A program made the position numbers and the translations under genes. Source: Streblomastix strix (taxonomy: Eukaryota). Taken from it: a stretch of 38,310 nucleotides of DNA. The notes beneath the pieces were generated by a model. The model worked only from the letters and a program-made list of their open reading frames with translations. It was not told the origin of the DNA and made no database searches. The stretch is from positions 1-38,310 of the forward strand of contig SNRW01000033.1 in NCBI GenBank assembly GCA_008636045.1, given 5' to 3'. This document shows, one piece after another, positions 1-13,000 of the stretch (within the stretch, counting starts at the first letter, position 1; every line of letters begins with the position of its first letter).

Positions 1-666
1 TAAATTTATACACTAAATGTGACATTTTCCATAAATTTTATTGGAAAATGCAGTATTCAAATAAAAACATAAAAATTAATAAAAAAATATTAAATTAATA
101 ATGATATTTATCATAAGAATCATAATATGCTCTCGAAAATTGATGTAACTTACATATTTTTTTGAAAATAAAAAGACAAATTATTATATAAAAAAGAAGT
201 ATTATTATTTATTGAAATTATTTTTTTTAGCATTAATTTTTCTTGGACAAATGAAAAATCATAGCCAGACATTTTGAGCAAAAAAAAATCATTCTTAACA
301 TGCTTAGAATTATTTATGTTATATTTGTATATAATAATAAAACATGCAAATTAAATCAAAAATATAAATATTCTTTTTTATTTTGTTATTATTAATATTA
401 AGATTAAATTGCAAATAACCAATTAATAATAAATATATACCAACAGGGGAAAGTATACGACAGAATTCAAAAAATATATAAATAATCAAGAAGATTATTA
501 TCAAATTATAATCGCAGTAAAGAATATAGCTTAAAGGTAATTAGATGTGATGCGAAAATTAAAAAAAAAATAAAATGCGAAGAAAGACCTAATAAAAATA
601 TAAATACTTGCTTTGGCAAATGTTTGAAGAAAGATCTTAATTATTGAATTAGACTGAAGAAATACT

Positions 667-2655
667 TCATCCTTGAATTTGTTCTTATAAGAAAAGTTTT
701 GAGTTGATTATCACACAAACAGCTACTCTAGCATGGAATTACACACTATTGAACTCTTTGCTCTGTAAATGGAATGAATTTGAATCTATTTCTTCTATTC
801 CACCTTCTTCTTCCATAGTTTCATCTGCAAATTTGATTAGAATGGGAAGTTCTAAGTGTACCTCATTCCCATATCGAAGATTTGCGTACAGTTGTTCTAT
901 GTTGATCAACGCTCCTATAACTACCATGCTGTCTTGATCCAGTTTTACTACGCTGGTTCCAAATACATCGACTTGTATTTGAATAATATTCTATTCTTAT
1001 AGGATTCTCTTTAATAGATCTACATTTCCATATTAAAGCATCACATTTAGGTTTCTGTTGCTCCAATATCTGATATCTGATCCATCTTTCCAATTATTTA
1101 TTTATTCATAATCATTCTTCCTGAATTTGGCTAGAGTGACTTAAGCTTCAATTAGACCAGGAATTGAACCAGCGTTTGTGCAGTGAATGTTATTGGGTGT
1201 AAGCAGAAAACAAAGTAGATAAAGCGCTCCTACAATAATAGGATTTGATTAACTATGCTGAATAAGCGATTATTAACTGGATGAATTTCTTTAGCTTAAT
1301 TCCATACTCTGTAATGATAATGAAGAAGAGTAAATAATAATTATAGATGATATATGTTACAATGCCTAATGATTTACAAATAAGAAATCTTATGCATCAT
1401 CATTAAGCCAAATAAGATTAGCCATAGTTTCATACACATCACAGAGGAATAAATGAGTGTTGTATGATTCATGAAGATTGATGCATTAAGTGCATCTAAG
1501 CTCAGAAGGGCAATGTAAGTGAATTAGTGGGGCAAGATCTTCATGAATTTTGTGCTATTCAATCAAGACCCCTTTGTTATCAGCATTCTCTATTTATTAA
1601 TTCTTTTACAACTATTAATCATCACAATCTTCATTATTCGCTATACTAACAAGCCTACTATGGAGGTCGTGTATCTCAAAGTTGAAAATTTGCCCACAAA
1701 TTTCAAGGTATTCATTATCAATTTTGATAAATTTATTCATAAAAGAATATATTCTAACTAATAGTGTAAAAATTTAGGAAAATTTTTATTTGCTTGTTTT
1801 ATCTATCTGCTCTTATTTTGATTATTATTTAAGGAGTATTTATATATGATTCAACAGCCCTGAATTTTGAAATGGGATTAGGAATTGATTATTCTTAAAA
1901 TTGCATGCAATTTAAGCTCCTCTTTAGGCTAAAACTTCGATAAATTTAAGCAATTCAGGATGAACTTTTGGAAAAACTTAATCAATCAGAGATTTCAATA
2001 CTGTGCATGCTTAATCATTTACTTCTGTTTCCAATTGTATGTCATTAATCTACAAGGAATAGTTATGTAATTATTTCACCTTCTAAAATTGTTCATTTTC
2101 AGACCGTGAATTAGAAATTAACTAAAGAAGTTGGGAAATTTCGATAGGAGGCTGTTTAAGATTTGATTAATTAAGTTATTGATTCTAATTATCTATATTT
2201 AATATATATAAACCAACAGAATCACTTACGTTGATTTTCTTTATTGGATTATGTGAATCTGATAATAAAATTTCTGATGGTTCTTTTCTTCCCCGAGAGT
2301 AATTAATTTAAATTGGTAATATTTATTAAATTTAGTTATATTAAACATAATATTAAGACTAGTTTATAGGAAATTATGTCTATGATGAAGGTTTCTCCTA
2401 AATGTCTACTAATTTCTCTTAATAGACAGAATTTTCATCATTCTAAACATAACTTGATAATTTTTTCGTGTTTTATTGAGTATTAATTTATTTAACTTAT
2501 TATAATTATTATAATTATTCATCATTTTAATGTGTGTGTTCTTAATGAGAATTATCTTTTTGCTTGATTTTCTGTCCTGTGCTATCTGCTTCCTATGTGT
2601 CTTATGCTTTGATTATTTCAATAGATCCTCCATTTATTTCAGTAATTTTGTCCAT
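667..2655 (-). CDS. Lineage-specific helical (ARM-like) repeat family protein, about 660 codons with TAR=Gln; probably 5'-truncated or frameshifted within an RRM
   Basis: No TGA in frame from ATG 2655 (MDKITEINGGSIEIIKAQ...) to TGA 669-667 (...ETMEEEGGIEEIDSNSFHLQSKEFNSVQFHARVAVCVIINSKLFLQEQIQG*). The N-terminal part is Gln-rich. It shares HKIHEDLAPLIHLHC and the EEEGGIEE...FH tail with the gene at 4548-8990. Short in-frame introns are possible (2229-2185, 2079-2050). Confidence 0.75.
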
Positions 2656-2699
2656 GTATTACTCTCATAGCAGTTGCTAGCGAGCTGCGATCTTATTGA

Positions 2700-3763
2700 A
2701 TCAAGTAATAATTTCTTGATTATATTTATTTTGGCAAATGACAAACCAATATTATTATCAAAAGCTGGAGAGTTCAAATGTTTGGTATAATTTATGATTG
2801 GCTAAAATTTGCAATGTTGGATATGGAGCTGCAGTTGTTGCTGATGGTTAAACTGTTGTTCAAATATCAGGATCAAACATCAGAACATTTGAAGGACCTG
2901 CGGTAAGAGCATTGAATGGAGCAAGTATTACAATTGATAAGAACTCAATACTTGATAATAATGGATAGAGAAATAAGAACGCATTCAGTTCAATGTAGAC
3001 GAATGTAGTTTGCGAAGGAGGAATTGGTACCACTACTGCTGATGTTGCTTTGGACAATGTAATTAGTTATATTACAATAGGAAATGGATGAATATTTTCT
3101 TCTTCAGAAAATAGTTGTATTGTTAAAGCTACTTTTAATGGTGAAATTGTACTTCCAAGATCACTTTCATAGATAGAATATGCATAAATAACAGTTAATA
3201 ATTCTAATGAAATAACGGAAGCTATAATCAGTGGTAAATTCCTTGAACCGTGAATGAGAAGATTTATATTGGAGATCCATGAAACAAATAAGGTTGATTT
3301 TGAAGTAATATTAGAATTTTGTATTGAGAGTTCTTCAGTTACAACCAATTGGATAAGTTCAGAGAATATAATAATTCAAATTCTATCATCTTTATTGAAA
3401 GATCTGAATATTTCTTCTGAATGGGAAATCATTGTCAATGAATCTGGAAAGAAATAGTAAGCATCATTAATATCAACTCTTCCAACTGAAATTAGTGAAA
3501 GTGGACCTGGAAATTAAACCGAATAAGAAACAAAAGGGAAACAAAATAAAATTATTCTTATAATCAGTGTTGTGGTACAAATTGTTGTAGTTATAGTTGT
3601 TATTATCATTATTATTGTAATTGCTATTTATATGAAAAAAAAACGAAAAAAAAAATAATCTAATTCTAATAATAATGAAAAAAATGATAATCTTGCAGAT
3701 TTTTAAATGAAATCATTGAATTTAAGCGTAAAAAATGAATAAACTATACATAATAAATAATGA
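2700..3763 (+). pseudogene. C-terminal fragment of a type-I membrane surface protein (beta-rich ectodomain, single TM helix, basic cytoplasmic tail)
   Basis: Reads CNVGYGAAVVADGQTVVQISGSNIRTFEGPAVRALNGASITIDKNSILDNNG...KIILIISVVVQIVVVIVVIIIIIVIAIYMKKKRKKK...* (TM about 3551-3630, stop 3761-3763). In-frame TGA at 3089 and 3251. The frame is broken upstream of about 2800 and there is no start or signal peptide. Confidence 0.75.
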
Positions 3764-4547
3764 TAAAGAATTGTACATGATTTTTATACACAATTTATCA
3801 CAGATTCGTACAAAAAAATAAAAATTAAAACACAAACAGCAGAAGTAATTCGAATTTATCAAATTAAATTTATACCTTTTAATATACTTTGACTTATTTT
3901 CTATCAAATTTTTTAGGGTAATTTTATTTACATTAGCAGGCGCAAAATTTTGCACAATAAGAAACGCTTATTGAAAGTTTCACGTGAAATATACAATATA
4001 CTATTTTAATGCTTAATATATATTGCTTTTAAATTTTATATTCGTTCAATTTTCAATCAAACATATTATAATACTAGCTTCTAACCTTCAAAATAGAATT
4101 TAAATAAATAAAATTATTTTTTGCACATTTCGTTTGTTATTTCACAATATTTTTTTTAAAATTGCCTTTTTATTTTTATATTTCTTTGTTTAGCATATAT
4201 TTTATGACCATAACGATTCCCTCGGCTGCTGTTGTCCCATTACTAACATTAGTATGGACGATTAATGAATATATGAATGTTTATTCGGTAGTCTTGGGGA
4301 AGATTGGATGCTGTAAGTTCAAAATCATTCATATTCAAATCAATTTACATTTTTGTGCATTAGATCAGGTAGATTGATTTGAAAATGAATGCTTTTGAAC
4401 TTACGGCAAACTTCTTCTTTATATACACTTATATTATTAATAGGAAGAAATAATCATCATAATAATAACATTTCCAACTTTTTTTCATTTTTTTTATTTT
4501 CTTTAATTAATATTTGTTTACTTTTTAGAATAGTATTACATTTAACA

Positions 4548-7500
4548 ATGGCGAAGCAACCACTTGTTGAGTAATGGTCTAATTCTCAGAAAAATGAAGA
4601 TTATTAAATTAAAGTTTTAAATTATTATTTAATTATTATTATTTTATTTTAATTTTTCATTCTTAGGATATATAAAGTGATTATAATAATATATTTGAAA
4701 AATATGGAAATAATTGTGTCGTGTGTAGAGATATTCCTTATGATGCAACATATGAATAATTTCATAAATTTTTAAGCAAATTTGGTGATATATAGTTTAA
4801 ATTATTATTATTATTTATAATAATTTATTATTCAATTAATTTTTTATCTTAAGATATATGTGGCTTGATAATATGAATGGAAAAGAAGTTATATTAGCAT
4901 TAGTCTTTTTCTTTACTAAATAAGGGTTAGAAAATGCAATTGGAACGAAATCACCAATATTCAAATCATCTCTCATTTAAATTGAAAAATGCAGTTAGAA
5001 TTTAAAAGAAATAATTGAGATATATTTTAATTTTTTGAAAGAGAAAGATGGAAAATTGAAGAAAATTAAAGCTTAAAAACTTCTTGATGATGCAATAATA
5101 AGAAAAACAGGTGATTTTTTGTGTGCTTTGAATTTATCAAGAAGAGCTGAGAAACAATAAAATGGAAGATTTCCAACAATTTCAGCAAACGATCATTTAT
5201 TTTCAAAATTTACATGTAAAATTCTTCATAATATCTTCTTATTCATTCCATCAGCTATTTAAGAAGCTATATAAATTGAAATTGTGGAAAATTTGATTAA
5301 TTTCATTCAATCCCTTCCAATCCATTTTATATCCAGATCGCATTCATTAGTATTATCCTAAATTGTTGATGAGACAGATTGCAATTTGCGAATAAAACTG
5401 TAAGAAAATGAAGGAATGCAAACATTATCTCGACTTTTATGTCATTAAAATTAAGAAGTTAAAAGTGATACTATTACTTTGATGAGTGATATCCTTGATT
5501 CAGGAGAAAATCGATAAGATTAGCAAAAACCTCATCCACTTTTTGAATCGATGAGAAGAGATGGAGTTATTTACTAAGTTGAATAAAATTGCCTTCTTCA
5601 TGGAGAAACAGAAGATATAAAGTAAAATGCAGCAGTTGTTCTTGGCATCTTATTAAGGGCATAAGACATTCAAACAAACATTAGATCTTCTCTTATTAAA
5701 CAATTGAAAAAGATAATTAGTGACAATAAAGGAATATTTAATGTTGAATATATATTAAGCATAATATCTGGATTAACTGTAAAATAATGTTTGAATAAAT
5801 ATTTTTTTTATTTACTTATATTTTTATTTATATTTTTTAAAGAAAACTTATCTGAAATAGTTTCAGATAATTTCATAAATATTGTTGCTAAATATTCAAA
5901 ATAATAATAAGATGAAAATATAAAAAGTTATGCTTTGGAACTTTTGTTGAATATTGCTCAGAATGGTGGAATTAATATTGAAAAAGAAATTAAAACAACA
6001 ATTGGCAATCTTAAATTCTTAGAATTAATTGGCGATTCAGATTTTGCTCTTAATGAACAAATTCTTTAAGTTGTTATGAAATAGTCTAATGATGAATAAT
6101 TATTAAAAATTAAAAAAGCATTTGATAAATTACAAAAATATTAACAGACAAATGAAATTTAAAAGAAAGAAATGCTAACTGATGAGCTTCTTCCTGCAAT
6201 TCTTATGCTCTTCAGTAAAGCAAATGAACTGCTTATGTAATAATAATTAAATAATATGGTAATTTCTTCTCTTGTAATTGGAATGATAAACTGTTGTTGT
6301 TTTTCTATTAATTAGATAATAAATAATAAATCTGAATCAGCAGCTGAAATTATCAACAATGGTTTTATGACATAATTTGAGAAACTTTTTCAAAATCTTC
6401 CAATTTTTTAAGCAAAATCTCTACATTTTAACCATTTGAAATTCTTATAAAACTTGCAACAGTCAAAAATCATCAATTTCTCTTCAAAACTGGAGCATTC
6501 TAGTAAATTTCTAAGTTTTTATCGCATTCATAGTCAGAAATTATTGATTCTATTTTAAAATCATTGTATTGATTCATATAATCAGGATTAATATATATTT
6601 CATCACATTCAAACTCTGAAATTTAATTTCCTCTAAGTTGCATTCACCCATATTTCAACATATTGAAAATTGACAGGACAATTGAGATTTTAGAAAATAT
6701 TAATATTACTAATAAATTTGATGTTAATATATTAGCAATTAAAATGCTTCTCGACTTATATGGCATTCTTCCAATATCATCTTCTTTGTTAAATATTGCT
6801 TTAAAAATATTAATAGATTAATATAAGAGAAATAATAATGAAAATGAAACTAATTTATAAATTATTCAAACTTTTCAAAAACTTTCACTTAATTAACAAA
6901 ATCATGAAGCAATAATGAACACTAACATTATCCAATCATTAATTTCTAATATATATAACTTCAGTTCAAAATCTAAGTTGGAATTTCTTTAGACTTTAAG
7001 AATATTATATATGAAAGGAACTCTAAGGACTAAAGAACAGATAAAGAAATTAGCAACATTGGATTGGATGAATAGTTTAATTAACAGAAAAAATCTAATG
7101 CAATTATTTTCTATATATAATGGAAATGATAATGAATTGAATTATTCTAATGCATTTTATGAATTTAATCTTAATAGGTAAATATTTAATCTGATTGCCT
7201 TGTATAAACAAGAAAAAGAAATGAATAAAATCATTAATTATAGAAATAATATTGAATAATAATTAAGCATAGTTTGTTTTAATGAAGATATTGTAAATGA
7301 TAATTAAAAGAAGAATAAAGAAATTGAACAAAAGAAAATGATAGAAAATGAATAGAAATATTAAAACAAGATTGATTATGAATTATATTAAAATGATTAA
7401 AGTTAAAAAAATATTTGGGAATGTGTTAAGAAAATGATTGAAATTGCAGAATAGATTTAAGATAAAGAATTATTTCAGGGAGCAATGATATTTGTTTAGG

Positions 7501-8990
7501 ATACTATTTATTTGATATTATTTGAATAAATTAGAAGCTGGAATTAACAAGGATTAATTGATTCACTTGATAATTTGCAAATAATTCTTAATAATAGTAA
7601 TAATGAAACATCTTTCAATCTCATCAATACATAAATTTGCAAAGAATTAGGATTTATAATTGATGAAAGCAAATCTGAATAATAAATATCCATTTTGGAA
7701 AAAACTGTTTCTTTATCTGCTTCATTTGCTCTGCGTGGATTTTAATAGTGTAGATATAATGAATTTAATAAATTTTCCTTCTTTTTCTTTAATTCAAAAC
7801 TATTATCAACACTTAAACAAATAATTTAAGAAGAAATTATCGATGATGAGAATATGTTTGAAAGAAGTATTGAAGAAAGAATAAAGCTTTATGCTGCTAT
7901 AGGAATAAGCTGTATTCATAAGAATTATTTAATTAGTCCAAATACACTTAATAAATGCTTGGAAATACTTTAATCAAAAATCTACACATTTAAACAAAAA
8001 ATAGAACAATAATCAACAAAATAGCGTTCGGTTAAAAATTCATTTGTCAAAACTAACATTATAATTAGTGATTTTGATATAGAAACAGTTATAAATGCTC
8101 TAATTTCTCTTGGTAGCTTGTGTTATTCTCAAAATAATGCTAGAATTGTTGTAAATAAATTCAAAATGCATGAAATTATTCTTCCTCTTATTCATTTAAA
8201 TTGTAATTGTTTATTTAACATTGAAATTCCTGGCTTACATTCGGTATCAAATCTTATATCTGATTTTTTAAGTATTCTTTCTTAATTTATATGTGTTATG
8301 ACTCCATTGTAAGTTGATGAGTTAAACACTTAACATAATATTATTACTCATATCACACCTTACATTCAATCATTTTCTGATATTGATTGCATAAACAAAA
8401 CATCAAATTCATCTTCATCTTTGCAGTCTAATTAACAATTATAAATTGAAAATTAATCATTTCCATAAATTTATGCCGCAGTTACTCTCCTTTGGGAATT
8501 AATGGTTAGATCTGCATCAATTTCACATTATACTGTTACAGAACCAAATCTTATCACAAAAATTATTCAAATAGCAGCTCATAACAAATAGAACGATCAT
8601 TAATCTATTGAATTCATAAAAGTAAGAATAAATTCATTTAGAATAATAAATATAGTGAATAAATTTGGTTCCAAAAAAGAGATTGAATGGATGATTTATA
8701 ACTAGAAAGAATTGAACTTAATTATAAATTAATTGAGCTCTGCTGGTGGAAATAATAGTTGTGATGATGATATTCTGAGTGACGATATTGAAATTTTATA
8801 ATCACTATTAAATAATGTGTCTAATAAAATAAATGATAATGAGGCCGATATTATGTATAGTGATATTAAAGATGAAATTGAAGATAATGGATTGTTAGAA
8901 GAAAGTAATGCCTTGATTTTCCATTCTGATAATCGATTCTTATTTGGTGTTAAAAACTGGGCATTGGAGTTAAGCAAAATTATTCTTTGA
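4548..8990 (+). CDS. N-terminal RRM domain plus ARM-like helical repeats, about 1420 aa; disrupted as assembled (possible pseudogene)
   Basis: Introns at 4614-4666, 4795-4853 and 5789-5842. RRM-like segment: NCVVCRDIPYDATYEQFHKFLSKFGDIQYMWLDNMNGKEVILALVFFFTKQGLENAIG...IQIEKC. Repeated helical units (LSRLLCHQ...HPLFESMRRDGVI...AAVVLGILLRA; ISKFLSHS...HPYFNILKIDRTI). One base is missing in the T run at 6426-6429 and there is an in-frame TGA at 6570. The frame is then open to TGA 8988-8990. Confidence 0.75.
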
Positions 8991-9484
8991 AAAATTACTT
9001 CTAACTGATCTTTGGATAGAATTCTATCATTGAATTATATTTGTATGTGTTAAAATGTATACAAATTTGATATATAATCCTAATCTACTATTTCAAGTTA
9101 ATGTGTTTAATAAATAGTAATATATGAGTGTTGTATTTTTATAATATATATTCACTTTTTAAAATAATCTAATTTAAAAGCTATAATTAGTCAATATAAA
9201 CTCATTTATATTATATTATATTTAAAAGATAAAAATAGTATCGTTAAAATTAGTTCAGATATAGATTAAAGATATTGTAAGAAAATATATAATATACAAT
9301 TGATTAAATATTGATAGTATTTGAAATGAAATATGAAACTTAGAATTATAATTCATTGAAATATGGAATAATTAGTTTTAGTTTATATGAAAATTGTGTA
9401 AATCAATATAAAATTGATTTTAATCAGTTTAAATCAATATGAAGACTAATTTACGTAATTTTAACTTGTGAATAATTATGTGAA

Positions 9485-9575
9485 AGTTGTAAATCTATGA
9501 GCATTAATTGTAAATCAGTGTCTGGAAGTTGTAAATCAGTGTTTGGAAGTTGTAAATCAATGTCAGAAAATTGTA
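9485..9575. repeat. Degenerate 21-bp tandem repeat (about 4.3 copies, consensus near AGTTGTAAATCAGTGTYTGGA)
   Basis: Units start at 9485, 9506, 9527, 9548 and 9569 (partial). Each full unit contains TTGTAAATC. Confidence 0.85.
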
Positions 9576-10030
9576 CGGCACTTTCCGATTGTTACATGTA
9601 AGATTAAAAAATGTTCAATTCATAATATGATGATTTATGTCAATTTATATTTTTATTGCATATTACATGAAGAATAATAATTCAATCATATATAATTCCA
9701 AAATAATAAATAATAAAGCCAAGCAGAATTATTTGCATTAAAATTATTTTCAAATTTTATTATTAATAAATTATAAATCAAAAAATAATTCATTTAAAAA
9801 TAAATTAAATTAGTGTTAAAAATTCAGAATAAAGATAAAAAATTGAAAAAAATGAATTTTTGAATTTCGAGCGAAAAAAATTATAAAATGGGCCTGATCG
9901 CTCATAAAATTCAGTTTATCGAGTTGCAACTTGCAAAAGTCTGCAGAATGAATTTAAAACTTTAACTAATGTCGATTTATTGAATTTTTTTAAATTTATT
10001 TATAAATTTATGCTTTGAATATCAGTATAT

Positions 10031-13000
10031 ATGGTGAACTTATTCAAGTGGCTGTTCTGGTCGTCTCTCACTGCTATAGGTGTAATGGTAGCTGTATTCA
10101 TTATAGAAACAAGGTATTAATAATTAATTTATAAATTTTGAAATTGTAATATTACTTGTTTTGTGACATTATATCAATTCCTTCTATTTTTTTCAGCAAA
10201 GTTTTCCTAGCTGTGCTGTACCATTTCATGAAAAAGAAATATCCTAAATCAGTACTAACTGCTGAATCATCAACATCGAACACAATTGACACTATAATAG
10301 CAAAGATTACTGTATGAAAGTCAAATTTTTATTTAATTTTTATTTTATAATTGACTAATCAATTTTTATGTATTTAATTTTTTCATAACAATATAATATA
10401 CAGGCTCCAGAGATTGATATAGACCTTTAACTAACGTCGGCGGCTGTATACGTCTCAGCAAAGTAAATCTTCAATATCGTAGTCAATGTCTTTCGAAAGA
10501 AACCAAATCCTAAACCTATTGATCTTACAATCAGCAATGCGACAATAAAAATACATTAGAAAGGTACTGGAGAAACCGAAAGCGAGCCAACCGAGCTGGA
10601 ACCTAAGGATGTCAAAAAGTGGCCATTTATCGCACCAGCTATTATGGACTACGTTATTGGCTATGCGATTGTACCTCTGTTCTTATTCATATTCGGAACC
10701 GGAAGCCCAAAGAAGATAATGCCAGTACTAGACAACATCCACCTCCACTTCAAAAATCTGAAGTACCTTTATGTTGAAGAAGAAGAAATCGAGAAAAGGC
10801 ACAAAAAAGGAACACGAATTCGCCGCCGGTGGTACGCCGGTGCTGTGACTGAGCTGAGCACAATTCTGGGCAGCGTAGTGAAAGAGGATGACACACCTAA
10901 AGGCCAGCCCCCCAAACCAGCTGTTGTAACTGACGATATCATTCCAAATGTCAAAGCGCTCATTACACTGAAGACCGCTTTCGTCAAGACGGGGATTGAT
11001 TATGTGCCTAAAGCTCCCATTACACGGCCTGTCATTACAGATATAGACGAGCCATCGACTGAAGCAAATGATGCTGAAAAGCCTGATTTACTAGTTAACC
11101 CCGAAGTAGATCTGATAAACCCAACGAGCATAACTAAAGCTGACCAAAAGGACAAACTGCCAGTAATTACACCTGCAATATCATACACAGAGCCTTCTGT
11201 CATCACACTGCACGCGAACTGCATCGAACTATCAGCAGCTGTGCTCTACAAGCCACTTACCGACAACTACAAGCCAAATGACACTACCAACGAATAAACC
11301 CCAGAAGAAGATGTAGTTTTCGTAGCGATCGATTTCGAAGCATCCGCACTTGTAGCCGCACTTGAGAATGTCAAGGACGATGGAAGCGATGAACCCGGAC
11401 CTGATAATGAAGAGGACAATGAGAACTTCGATCTGGAAGAATTGAGACGCAGGGACACAATAAGAAGGTTGTCAGAACCGTGGTCTGAAGTTCTTGAGTG
11501 GGATTCGGCAGCTGGCTTTGAAGCAGCTGGGATCGCGGATGAGACTTTCAGGAGAAATGCAAGCTCTGGTTCATAAGGGATTACTGGAGCTCTTGGGACT
11601 GAATCGCATGTAACAGAGAATGTGATCAAGCAGAACACGCCTTCAATCAGTGTTTAGACTGTGCGATTCTCGCTGAAGAAGATCGGCTTAAAAAAGGAGA
11701 CGTATGAAATTGATGGATATGATATCCGTGTTGAAGTGCACTGCGCAATCTTCATCCCTACAAACCCATACCTGATATACATAGCACAAGAGTCTGCATT
11801 CACAAATACAGGCGCGAATCAAGCTGGTAAACACCGCTAGTAAATCAACAGGATCAATTAACCTGACAGAAATGATAGCGGCATTAGTCAACTCTTTAAT
11901 CAGAATATTGCACCATCAGCAATTGTGCCCAATCCACTGTTCCCACACAGTGATAACATCGTAGCTATGAAATCAAAAGCTACCCAACCACTAGTGCAGT
12001 ATGATATAGGTGGTTTCCCAAGCACAATACAACAGATATAGCAATCACGTGTTCTGTCATAAGCAGGAGCATAATCATCCAGAGTTACAACATCACGAAA
12101 CGAAAGGAAAGACTCGGGATTAAAAATCAATCTTCCAGCAACCGACTCATTGAAGAAGTTCTTTGAAGCGCTTGGACATGGACGAGTTCGTGGTAGTGTT
12201 GTTGGAGTTGACTATTTCAGTGCAACTTATACTGTGAGGAAATCAAAGAAAGAATAATCCAAAGGTGAGAGTGAAATTGCAGTTGCTATTGCATCATCGC
12301 CAATATTTGCATAACTGAGGTTGTCAGACTTCGCAAAAGAGTCCTATCCATCGTAGAAGATAGATATTGATGAGAATTAAGTAAGGAAACTTGGGCTGCT
12401 AATCGCTACTATTCCTGCAACTCTAAATCTGATTCAATTAATTTTACCAACTAAGCCATAATCAAATATTAAAGGAGCAGTAGAAAACTTAGCTTAATCT
12501 ACTAATCCAGGATTGGTAGAACCAAATGAACTCACACAAGTAAATTCAATTCAACATAGTTCATTAAACAGCAATAAAAACGCTTCCATTGTTGAACCCA
12601 AGAATAAAGTTTCTATTGGTGCAGTTACAATCCGCATATAAGCAGTAGCCTTTCGAGTGATTGAATCTGATGATGATCAAGGGCTCACTACTGGAACTGA
12701 TGTGACTTTTTCAGCTACTGATATTGCAATCCAGAGAGAACAAGCTCCACTTGCATCTATCCTATAGAAAAGTACAACTGATCTACTTACTGTATATCCA
12801 CCACAATCGAGTACAACTGGAGGTAAAACTACTGAAAAGGCTGAAATCCCGCTGAAGAAGAAAGAAGAATAAACCCCTAAGAAGGTGGAAGACCTTGCAT
12901 ACAACACGCATATATCAGCGCAGAACATCCTGGTATCAATCATTGAAAAGGGGAATGAATCATCTTCAATGTCTTTTGATCCAGCTGAGTTTGAAACGCT

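Noticed and set aside
319..504. Short hydrophobic ORFs in AT-rich DNA (also 3722-3955, 22209-22427, 24684-25007, 31245-31436, 32912-33181)
   Set aside because: Their Ile/Phe/Asn/Lys-rich composition is typical of non-coding AT-rich DNA. Two overlap modelled introns and one lies almost entirely inside the 748-bp insertion.
3251..3253. Selenocysteine at LEP*MRR
   Set aside because: No SECIS-like element was recognised and the fragment has other disruptions, so a nonsense mutation is simpler.
9485..9575. Possible CRISPR array
   Set aside because: The units are contiguous 21-mers with no unique spacers, there are no cas genes, and the context is eukaryotic.
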